This document shows, piece by piece, positions 52,999 to 64,000 of a stretch of DNA of 64,000 nucleotides. Below the pieces are notes generated by a model. The model was not told where the DNA came from and did not search any database. It saw nothing but the letters and a program-made list of their open reading frames with translations. The stretch is from NCBI GenBank assembly GCA_964016885.1, contig OZ024741.1:374232001-374296000 (forward strand). The letters are read 5' to 3'. Source of the stretch: Eledone cirrhosa (taxonomy: Eukaryota). Both the position numbers and the translations under genes were made by a program. How positions within the stretch are numbered: the first letter of the stretch is position 1; every line of letters starts with the position of its first letter.

Positions 52999-53957
52999 CA
53001 CCATTTAACATCCATTTTTTCACACTACCATGGGTTAGACAAGCTGTTCCATTGTGAAACAAGTCAGATCAAATGACTGTCTTACTCTTACAGAACCAAT
53101 TCTTGCTTGTTTTTATGGTTCGGTGCCATTCCTAACACCAAGGACATTTACAGTAAGTATTGGATGCTTTTTGACATGACACTTACACAATCACTTTACA
53201 GTATGGGCTGGGTACTTTTTGTCTTGATACCAACATGAGCACTTTACAGGGTGGGCTGGGAATTTGGATGAGGGAGGTGATTGAAGGGAAGGTAGTGCAT
53301 ACTAGATATATGCTTGAATGAAGATGGGTTGACAGGAACTGTTTGGAGGGCTATCAGAGTCTGTACCTATAATTCAAAGGTTTCATCTCATAGGTTTCGT
53401 GGGTGTTTTAATGATAGGGCCCTCAGTCCTATCATGGGAAGCAATGTGAAATGAAGTGTCTTGCTGAAGAACAAAACATGCTTTGTTCGAGAATTGAACC
53501 CACAACCTTATGATCATTAATCCAAGACCCTATCCAACTGGGCCATGTGCCTTCACCTGTCCTTATTGCCAGTATATCAGTTGACAGGAGGGAATACTAA
53601 AGGGTGTTCCAGACCTGTGCAGTCCTTTTACTTCTAGCAAGAGTTGGACATATCAACACAGAACAGTTAGTACTCAAGCAGAGCTTCTGACTTCCAGGTT
53701 GGCCAGGGCCAACATATAATCCCGCACTCTACCAAGTGCATTTTATCATGGCACCAATACTAGGGAAGTTGTTGTCTTTGATATAGCTGGAGAGTCTTCC
53801 CACATCTTTGTATGACAAGTTTTTTACAGCTGGATGTTCTATCCCCAAACCCGTTACAGGGTGTACTGGGTGCATTTATCGTGTAAATCACCAACACTTT
53901 CCAGTATATATAAACCAGCAGTAAAACAAGAAAATAGTACAAAAAAATGAAACTTAC

Positions 53958-54018
53958 CAGATTTGTAGCTTGATTTTCTTTCCATCTAGTTCTATTGTTC
54001 GAATCTTGAAATCTATAC
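53958..54018 (-). CDS. RAB8: Rab8 exon 2 (61 nt): [21 protein letters not shown]
   Basis: ttcag acceptor, GTAAGT donor; RabF1 IGIDF and RabF2 KLQIW; frame continuous with exons 1 and 3. Confidence 0.97.
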
Positions 54019-54052
54019 CTGAATTTAAAAATTGACAAAAATATATATTGAT

Positions 54053-54570
54053 TATCATCATTTAATGTCTATATTCCATGCTAGCATGGGTTAGATGGGT
54101 TGTCCTATTTGAGACAATTCAGGTCAGGTGACGATGTCTTGCTTATACAGAACTGTTTCTAGCTTGGTTTCTACAGCTGGATGCCCTTCCTAATGCCAAC
54201 CACATTTACAGTGTGTGCTGGATGTTTTTTGTCATCACACCTACACGACCACTTTACAGTGTGTGCTGGGTGCCTTTTATTGCGGCACAGTAACAACCAC
54301 TTTACAGTGTGGGATGGATGCATTTTGTCATGATACCAGCATGTCCACTTTACTGTGTGGGATGGGCACTTGTTGTGACATCAAAATGACCACATTACAA
54401 TGTGGACTGGGCATTGAGGCAAGGGGTGTAAAGGTGTGGGAAAAGAGTAGAGTGATTAGGATGTGGGAGTGTTAGGGTGTGGGAGGTGTATGGAAGAGAT
54501 GGAGGGATTAAGTGGTGTATACTAGATGTATGCTTTATGTGCCTGGGAAGACAGGTCTTCTGTATTACTG
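54053..54570 (-). mobile_element. RTE 3'-UTR / (GAT)n-tail repeat with five internal ~42-bp units
   Basis: AGGAAGGGCATCCAGC core and CCCATGCTAGCATGGAA tail; other copies near 8030-8310, 8640-8905, 10021-10140, 10868-11150, 17718-18030, 18300-18570, 33230-33495, 40500-40735, 42990-43340, 51190-51490, 52998-53340. Confidence 0.85.
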
Positions 54571-55389
54571 ATTGGTTTCAATTAACCTTTTAAGCACAAA
54601 ATGTCTATATCTTAATGCTATGTTTTTTGAGAATCATAGAAAGAAAACAATGACCTTTAATTCCTTATGGACTTATAAGGGTGCTAACCAGTGACATGGC
54701 ATGTAAAACTTGACAGATCCCATCCCACTACTGAGCTGAACACAGACAATTTCTTCCAAAGAAAGAGAGGGGGAAAGAATCAACAACAGTACTTTAATAT
54801 TTTATCAAATTTGAAAGGATGAAAGGAACAGTTGATCTTAGGAGGATTTGAAATCAGAGAGCAGAGAGCCAGAACAAATACCAAAATATTTAATCTGATA
54901 CCCCTAACAACTCTGGTAATTTGCCACCTTTGGAAATTCTGTTAAAAAAATATGAAGATTTGGGGAGAAATGTTTATCATAAAATAGTTTATATTCTAAT
55001 AGGTTAAGTAGAAAGTTAGGTATAAAAAAAAAAAGTGTTCATTACCATATTTTAAATGAAAAACACAGCCTATTTCAATTTTGAAAATAATCAAGAATTA
55101 CTAGTCTAATATGAGAAAGTATATCTTAAAGGTTCTTACATGAAATTATAAAATTATGGTGGGAGATTTTAAAATAAATATAAACATTTCAAAACAAACA
55201 GTTTTGGAATGTAGAACTAGAGGAAGTTTCCAGTGGTTTGGTATTAAAAGTGTTAAGCATCTATTTTATAGCAGCAAGTTTTTATATATCATATGTGATC
55301 AAGTAGAACCATTTCAAGATTAACAGAGACAACCTCAGGAAATTATTCAGCCTGTGACCCAAAAATCCTGCACTGTAGTACACTCATGT

Positions 55390-55757
55390 ATGACTGCAGA
55401 GGAGATGTGTACGCTGGAGAGAAATGAAGCAACTATGCTTCATTGGATGTGCAATGTAAAAGTGAGAGAAAATCAGAACTTGGATGAACTGAGGGATAAA
55501 CTGGGTTTAATAGGAATTCTAAGTAGTGTGCAAGAGAGAAGACTGTTGGTACAGGCATGTGATGCACATGGATGAAGAAGTGCCAGGAAATCCAAGCAAA
55601 AGGAAGACCTGGGCAGAGGTGGTGAGAATTGATCTCAATTTGATGAGACTCACAGAGGAGATGACAAAGGAGCCTGGCAAGTGGAGAGATGCTGTGCTGG
55701 AAAGGACCCATCCACCCATGCAAACATGGAAAAACAGGCGTAAAAACAACTGATGAG
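55390..55757 (+). mobile_element. RTE LINE 3' fragment with short tail
   Basis: LERNEATMLHWMCNV, WYRHVMHM, KTWAEVV, then CCACCCATGCAAACATGGAAAAACAGGCGTAAAAACAACTGATGA. Confidence 0.8.
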
Positions 55758-56957
55758 AGAGAGAGACACAGAGAGAGAGAGTTTTTCTTAATTCTAATAA
55801 ACTTGCCAAAATTACCTTTCCATAGCAGTTGCTTTTGTATAATTATATTTTATACTCATTTTCCATGCCAGTAATTGGGATTGTGCATGATGTTATGGTA
55901 ACAATTGCTTTTAGCAGACATTCTGACTATTTACCATAGAATTGAAGCAACATATTTTCAGCTAAGCAGCATAATGTTCTTTGCCAGAGAACAAAACACT
56001 GGCTTTACAAGGTCTGAAGCCACAACTATATGGTCAGTAATTCAACACTATGTGTGTATGGATCTCCAGCCCCAGGTGAAGTCCATGAGGCACCATCATG
56101 ACAGTATATCTTGGACACTTTAAACCTGGCCGAGTCCTTCCCCTCTCCAGATCTGAACACAGTTGATATCTTCCAGAGGAGTGAGAGAGAGAGAGGAAAT
56201 GCAAAAGAGATAAAAAAGAAGAATCAGTCCCAGTATTATATTAGTACTTTTTTTAATCAACCTCAAAAGGACAAAGGGCAAAGTTGACTTTGACAGTATT
56301 TGAGCTCAGAGCTGGGACAAATACTACAAAGCATTCCATCTGACATTTTAACAACTACCTAATTCAAAATGAATACTTTAACTCCCTTGGACTACAAGCA
56401 AGGCAATTTCTTTTACAACAGGAAATAAAGTATCATATATACTCAAATATAAGCTGAGGAGTATGTAACTAAAAAAACGATGGTAGAAGAGGGTCGGCTT
56501 ATATTCAAGGTCAATATTTCGATGATTTTCACCAACTTCAAATTCTACGTAAACAAGGTTTGGATTTTTGCCCATTTCTCAGACATAAAATAGTGGGTTC
56601 GGCTTATATTCGAATATATATAGTAGGTTGTGTCAACTTCAGAACTTTTCCCTCTCATTCCACTAGAGATGATAAATTAAGATAGTTTTGGCAGAGTTGA
56701 ACATAGAAAGATAAATCTAAGTCCTATGCTGCATTTCTGCTAATCCACTGAAAATTACTATGAAAACATATTCAAGTGCAAAATGAGAAATAACTTTTCT
56801 TTTTATAAGCCTAATGAATTTATATAACCCTTTTATGACAATATTTCTACTGAAATACTCTGTATTTTAATTAATTATTTCATTGACTTAACCTAACAAA
56901 AATGTTGGAAGGTTTTAATTCAAATGGAAGCTTTTTAAAAAAGGCAGTTATGTTTCA

Positions 56958-58095
56958 CCATTTATCCAAACACAAATACTTGGGCATTCATACAGAGACA
57001 TGAGAGCAATAAGCTGTTGCCCATCAATTCCATACTAGTGCAGAACATTTTTTCAAGGTCTGCAAAGCAAGAATACACCTCAAGGAAGTACTTCCATGAT
57101 TTCTCAAAGACTTGCCGCAGTGTGAATATTTGGTCAGCTGTGTTCAGGACGAAAATCGCACTGTTCATAAGCTAGCTTGGACTCAACAATCTCCCTAAAC
57201 TTCTTTGCCAGACACTTAGCATAGATTTTTACCAGGGAGGTTTAACAAGGCGATCTCTCTATAACTAGAGCAGTCCCTCATCTCCCTTTTTAGGATTATC
57301 ACTGCCAATTGCATGGCTTAGATGCCTTTTCAGATAACCAGGCCATCCGACACATGCAAGTCAGCCAAAGAATACCTTTATGAACAGGTTTGACATGTGC
57401 AGCCAGGTTGGAAGTGGTATTATGACTGGCAGGTGTAGAATCAGTCAGCTGGAATTTGCAGACGACACAGTGTTGCTTAATTCATCAGGTGATTTCCAAC
57501 ATGCATTTGATAGGTTTCATGCCAAGTGCTGTATCGCTGGAATGAAAAATCACTGCTGTGATTCTGAGGTTTGAAGGATCTGGTGCAGTAATATACCAGC
57601 TTCAGCATTAAGTAATCAGAAGACAGGAGGTAGGTGTAAAAGCTAAACTTGCTATCTTCAATTCGGTATTTATGTCAACCCTTACCTATGGTCATAAATC
57701 TTGGGTAATAACTGAAATACGATTGCAAATACAAGCAGCTTAAATGAAGTTCCCCTGAAAGGTCCTCGATAGATAGAGAACGTAGCTCAGATATCAGAGT
57801 TGTTCCAGGTAGAGCTGCTACTTCTGAAAATTGAGAGATCACAGTTCCAATATTACAGGCATGTGGTTAGAATGTCTCAAGAAAGACTCGCTAGACAGAT
57901 TTTACAGGCAAAACCAACTGGCAAGAAACCCAAGGGTAGACCCCAAGCAAGATGGTTAAATAACATCCATGAGCTTGGCTGGTCTTGTCTGGGGATCCAG
58001 TCAGATCAATTGGAGTCGCTTGCTTTTGACAAGACCTGCTGGGAGAAGTGGTTGAGGACCGTCCCCACAACTCTCAGTAATATAGTGGGTGAAGA
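56958..58095. mobile_element. Second RTE-like LINE family with inverted 5' segment (~56958-57376 minus; ~57377-58095 plus)
   Basis: Minus: DQIFTLRQVFEK, CFADLEK; plus: LEFADDTVLL, IERSQFQYYRHVVRM, GRPQARW; flanked by TATGTTTCA / TATATTTCA. Confidence 0.8.
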
Positions 58096-60579
58096 TATAT
58101 TTCATAGAACTAGAGGCAGTTTAAAGCAAAGGTTTTCTACTATAGTTGTAGGCTGATAAATGCCTTCAGAGTTAATTAGGTAGATGGAAACTGTAAGGGA
58201 GTCTGTCATGTATCAATGTCTCTTCACTTTACATTCAATATCTCAAGTAGTGATATCTGTATACATTCCGAATAACAGATCACGCTACTCAGCATTTAGG
58301 TGTGCAAAGATCTGTACCTTACTTTAAAAAGAAGTGTGGAGTGGCATAAGAAAGAGCATCTGGCCATAGAATTTTTAACCATTATCCAACCCATGCCAGC
58401 ATGGGAAAATGGACATAAAACTGATGGTGATGGAATTAATGTCTTACATATTACAAGTGTTTTTAAAGCAGAGGTTAGCAATACAAGCCACATGATAGAC
58501 TTCATACTAATCATGGAGTGATTTTTTTTTAGGCAATATTTTACTAGCAAATGTTCTTAGCAGCAACCCTTTTAGTCACTTCTTATGACATGCAGATATA
58601 CTGTGTACCTATTTTAACCTGGATACACATAGATTTCCTATATATTAAACAAGGTTACCTATCAGTTTCAACTGAACGTTTTATAAAGTCTGTAAACATT
58701 GACAATGTCAACTTTTAAGGTCTATGAATTCAAAACAGTTCCAAATTTTCTAACTGCTCCTGTTCATATTCTGCACAAAGAACTAGGATATCATCAAGTT
58801 CCTGAGTATTTTTCTGATTACATCAAAGCCTAGAAAGAAGAAGTGGACACTGACTTGGACATTGAACACAGTGTCAGTCCAGATTATATTTAGCACAAGG
58901 CTTAAACAGCTTTCTCAAGCTATTCAATCCACATATAGTTTTCTCACTGCTGAGCAGAATACCATCTACAAAATCCTTTCCTTGATTGAACATTTTTCAT
59001 TCTGTATGTGTCTAAGTCAAGAAAGTTTAGTATAGCTGTCTTCCATATAAACCTAAACTGCACTAACAAGGCTTGTATAACTTAAAAGTGCTTATGGATT
59101 TAGTTGTCTTTTTAGCCAAGAAATAAATCAGTTGGAGAGGAGGTAAATTGCTAAATCCCTTCAAATTCATTATTTTAGAAATTATTTGAAATACATTGGC
59201 AATGTTTTTTTTTGTTTTTGTTTTTTATTTATCAAAATATGAAAGGGTTAAACTGCCATGAATGGATTTGCTAAGGTTTTAATCAAGCGTTGGTGGCATG
59301 TTGTTAAGCCCTTGCTTAATGTATTTCAGCCAGGACCATCATCTTATTTTAAGGTCATCTTAAACGACTGTGCACCCTGACTTTCAGTTTGTTGTTACCA
59401 TTATGTACACAAGGCAGCGAAGTGGCAAAGTCATTAGAACACCAGATAGTTCAAATCATGCCAAAGTCAACTTTGCTTTCCATCCTTTTAACATCGATAA
59501 ATTAAGTACCAGTCCAGTACAGTGACTGATTCTTCTTATATATCTCTATCAGTTCCTTTCTCTCATTCTTTTTCTCAAAAAGAAATCGGCTGCGTTCAGA
59601 CCTGGAGTGGGATGAGATCTGCCAGGTTTAAATGCCCAAGACATGTCATATGTCACCCCTGCAACGCCGTTAGGAGTTAAGGACCCATGGAATGGAAATT
59701 AGTTAAGGACTTAAACTCCAATATTGATTACTGTCATTTTAGACCTGGAGTCTGGAACATCCAGCACTTTAAGCCTAGCTTGAGACGATCCCAGGTACTC
59801 TGGCATGCTTTTAAAAATATATATTAAATCTGCAATTTTAAGTTCAGGTAAAATTCAAAGCCAACAATAGCATTGAGTAAAAAGGAAAGTGGGCTAAATT
59901 AATGTTTTTTTTTTGTTTTTTTAATAATAAATTGTTCCCGACAAAAGTGTGAAACTAATCTTTTACCGGACATGGAAGCCTCCCAATTTTATAAGTTTCA
60001 ACAAGTATTACACAAAATCATTAATTCAGAAAACGAACCAACATTTTCATATCTTACGTGTATTCTTATTAAGCACTAACTCCAACATTTAAAACTTCAT
60101 ATTATTCACACCAGTCTCAGACCCCTTCCCCATCCTTCATTACCGAGAAAGTCACCCATTGGACTTGTTCTTAAAAAGAATATATACACACGCGCACACA
60201 CACACACGTTCATAATACTCGTGATATTTCAAGAATAAACCTGCTTTGAATATAAGTTAATAGTTTATTTGAAATGGCAGCAAAAGCGATAACTCACACA
60301 TTAAATAGATTACGTATTTTCATAAATTAGAATACTATGTGTAACTAAATAGGGAAAACGGGAATAAAATTGTGCGGTGGCATGTCCTAATCCACGATGG
60401 CTAAAACAAGCGAAATATGATAGAACGGAAATAAAATAAACGAAATGTTTTTTTAATGAATTAAAGCAGCGAACAATAATAAATATTAGGAGATACATTA
60501 ACAAAAACACTAACAGGAAGATATAAACACAAAAGGATCGTGAATTATCATTAAATAGCGGGGTTTTCAGATATCTCCT

Positions 60580-60619
<40 letters not shown>

Positions 60620-61377
60620 CCTGCCAACTCGAGGCAGGAGAGCCACAACACGTTCGTTGAAACTGTTAAAGACACTAGCTAACTTTCCCTCAAATCACAT
60701 AACCAAATCTTTGTTCTCGTTTAAAGAAAAAGCACTTTGGGTAATGTGGTCCTGAACACATTTGAACTTCATTGAAGAAAAGAAAGTGGTCACGACTAGG
60801 AAGCACTGGTCATAGGTCCACTCGATTAGAGCAGACCTTGTGTTAAACATGCAAAATCAGAATAATATACTGAGCAAATTTACAGATTGCGTTTTAATAT
60901 ATTGTTTTTAATAAAATGTAATCGTAAAGTACAAATGCTACGTGATGTCATTATGCTCGTTAAAGAAAATAGCACACGAACTTTAGAATAGATGGGACAC
61001 ATTTTTAGAGCAGTAAATAAATTTGAAAAGTAGTCTTAATCAAAAATAAATAAACATTGTGATCATTTCATTAAATAGTACAGGGATAGATAACCTTAAG
61101 TGAAAGTTGGCATGAATAAACGGTTACTCAGAAATAAAGAAATCTATTGAAAGATGTCAAATATAATTCTATGCAGTCCAAAACATTGTAGTGACGTGTA
61201 AAACAGTTGCACTCACTATATAAGTTTTGTATAACATGGTACAAAAGAAATGGGCGTGAAAATCCCATAGACACAAATCACCTGATCGGTGACAATTTAG
61301 TCTAAATCGTTTAAAACGGGTGTCTATTCATGCTGTACTTGAATATTTGCTAGCAGAAACTAAACATACATATAACA

Positions 61378-61627
61378 CGTGTGTGTGTGTCCGTCTGTGT
61401 GTGTGTCTGTCCGTCCGTCTGTGTGTGTGTCTGTCCGTCCGTCTGTGTGTGTGTCTGTCCGTCCGTCTGTGTGTGTGTCTGTCCGTCCGTCCGTGTGTGT
61501 GTGTCTGTCCGTCCGTGTGTGTGTGTCTGTCCGTCTGTGTGTGTCTGTCTGTGTGTGTGTGTCTGTCTGTCCGTCTGTGTGTGTCTGTCTGTCCGTCTGT
61601 GTGTGTCTGTGTGTGTGTCTGTGTCCG
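61378..61627. repeat. GT/GTCC/GTCT compound microsatellite with a ~22-bp unit
   Basis: Direct reading. Confidence 0.95.
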
Positions 61628-63392
61628 AGGGTAAATATTCTCATTGTCACTTTAACTTATATTTGCAATAACCAAGTACAATAGTATTTACTTCATCAAA
61701 ACTAACCAGAATTAAAAGTCATTAATAAAATACATTCTTATAATGAAAAAAAAAAAAGGGAAGGAATTTATAGATTTCTTCTAAAGCAATGTTCAGATTT
61801 AAGTTAAAATAATACCTAGCAATTCATAACGTAGATACAAAATTATGGAAAATTTTCAAATTAAAAATAATTTTATGATATATTTTCTGTTTTCTTAATG
61901 CGTTTTCTTCTTAGAATCCTGCAACAAGCAACAGTAAGTTGGATTACTTCATACTCGTTACATATAAAATTTCAGTTAGTGAAATAAGGCCGGCTTAATA
62001 TCGCACCCACCTAGGTTGAAGACGGCGACATAACTAGGCTCGTTTTGAATATACAAAAAGTTTCGGCCTACTAGATTAGTAGAATAAATAGCACACTTTC
62101 AACATTACTTCAGCAAACATCGTATCTAAAATATTTCTAAATTAATATATATATAGAGATAAAATGAAAATTTATACGAGTTGCATGCCACTTTTCTTAA
62201 CCTTAAAGATTCTAAGAATTTATCGGTGAATGTTAAGTGACATATGCAACTTGTATAAATTTTCATTTTACCCAACATACGTAGTCGTTCGACCAGCTAG
62301 AAATGTCAATCAAATCTTCCTCAAATCACGTTCAGCCTTCACGAATAAAAAAAAATATATTGAATAGCGTAATTCTAAATACATAATGCATGAGGAAAAA
62401 ACAAAAGACGTGACGATCATGGCTGGAACGCCTTTGATCATAGTTCTGCTCAGCTATGGTTGATCCAGAGCCTAGCAATCATTTGATTTTATATTAAAAT
62501 CTCAAACGTAAAATTTGGGAACATAAACACACACGTGTGAATGTATATATGTATGTCACAAATAATTACAAAAAAAAAAAAAAGTTTCCAACAGGCACTT
62601 GTTCGGTAGTTTAAAATTACACGATGAATTAATAAGAATGCTATAATATACTGTCTAATATTAAGCTCGGAGATAAAATGATATCCGGGTATTTATAAAT
62701 CTACCGACAATACGATAACAGTAACCATACTCATAATTCATAACGTTTTTTTGTTTTGTTTTTTTTTCTTTAATATACCATAAACAGAATAGGATAAATA
62801 AAGTCAGAATAGACGAGACAAAAACCAACAGTTCACCAATTTTACCAGATCTAGATCCACCGCTATACACCTTCATAGACAAGTACCTTTTCTTAAAAAA
62901 AAAAATTTAAGCCATCCTTTTATCGTTATTTAAACCCCAAAACATATATAAGAAATTATGCGTAGTAACTTATCTCGTAAGTAGGAAGAACTAGAAAATA
63001 AACACGCAATAAGGAAAACATAATTGATCAGAGATAATTTCTTAAATAGAAATCTGTGAAATGGGGGAGGATAACATCTCAAGTCATAAATTCACTTCCG
63101 ACACTTTACTAACAAAATCGGAAATTGACTCAATAACTGACATTCCTTCTGTCTTTTCCTCTCCTTATTATGTTTCTACTTTAGAAATACTCAAATAAAT
63201 AATGACAACGTTTACAAATAAATTTATTGTGATTAAATTAAAATTGTGTCAGTGTACATCTATATTATAAATATAAATTAAATAGTCGGCGAAAACAGAA
63301 CCTCGCTAAATAAACTCTTCTGACGGCTGGATGATATATTTTTAAGAAAACGGTAGGGAGGTAAAAGAATACATAGATGATTGTGTACTTAC

Positions 63393-63516
63393 CTATAGTT
63401 GAAATAAACGTAGTATTAAAGGCGTCTTCAGAGAATCGAAACAATACACATGTTTTACCTACTCCTGAATCTCCTATAAGTAGCAGCTTGAATAAGTAAT
63501 CGTAAGCCTTCGTCAT
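63393..63516 (-). CDS. RAB8: Rab8 GTPase, coding exon 1 (124 nt): [41 protein letters not shown](G)
   Basis: Rab8/Rab10-type N-terminus with P-loop GDSGVGKT and effector FISTIG; donor G|GTAAGT at 63392; phase 1 matches the next exon. Confidence 0.97.
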
Positions 63517-63573
63517 CTTGCCAATGCTTCAATGGCTGCGTCTGCTCAGGAAACACCCTAATTTACATAATAG

Positions 63574-63600
63574 CTGACGTTCAATTTACGTCACTTCCGC
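63574..63600 (-). promoter_or_regulatory. Rab8 proximal promoter: overlapping ETS-CRE element plus a second CRE half-site
   Basis: Minus strand reads GCGGAAGTGACGTAAATTGAACGTCAG about 70 bp upstream of the ATG; CGGAAGT = ETS core, TGACGT = CRE half-site. Confidence 0.6.
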
Positions 63601-64000
63601 TCTGCTCTGATGCTCACTTTCGTAGCTAATTGTTAATTGCTATAATAAAAAAATTGAGCTCAGTTACTTTGTAAAATATGATCAGCTTAGTCATGTTCCG
63701 TAATGTGAGTTCGGACGTTTAATGGAAGGGCGCCCCGTTTTATTAATTTTTTGCCGACATTGAATATCACTAGTTCCCTCGCACTTTTCTTTATTAATAA
63801 TAGAACAAATTTGAGAACAACTTCATGATGCTTGAAGAATGTTAGTTTGAGGCCAATAGCAGGGTTCTTTGATTTAAAATGGGGTGGGTGATTAGGAAAC
63901 CTAGGAAGAGTAAATCGTCAGTTGAGGGGAGATAAATACAAAGATTGAATTTCATGAATTTTTTGGTTGTTGTTTTTTTACTTTGTTTAGCAAGTTTCTT

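Overview
AT-rich, repeat-dense eukaryotic DNA. Its SINE/RTE/microsatellite content suggests a cephalopod (octopus-like) genome; this is inference. The main gene is a complete 7-exon Rab8 GTPase on the minus strand (ATG 63516, stop 27607, 627 nt CDS, 208 aa, all introns GT-AG, C-terminal CKLL prenylation box) with an ETS-CRE promoter motif. Further along the minus strand lies a ~200-codon exon ending in the first 24 residues of a divergent NK2-like homeodomain; its remaining exon(s) were not found in the window. The rest is transposon-derived: RTE LINEs (one with an intact 5'-truncated ORF carrying a PHD finger), a 5'-inverted LINE, CRE, CR1, RNase H-type and Penelope relics, a Tc1/mariner relic, several MITE families, tRNA-derived SINEs and a head-to-tail Helitron dimer whose empty site is present nearby. 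The most unusual signals are a cluster of fold-back hairpins with hammerhead-ribozyme cores in Rab8 intron 2, the NK2-like exon, the Helitron dimer and the PHD-containing RTE with a composite 3' UTR. All calls were made by eye without database searches; TE family names are provisional and most repeat boundaries are approximate.
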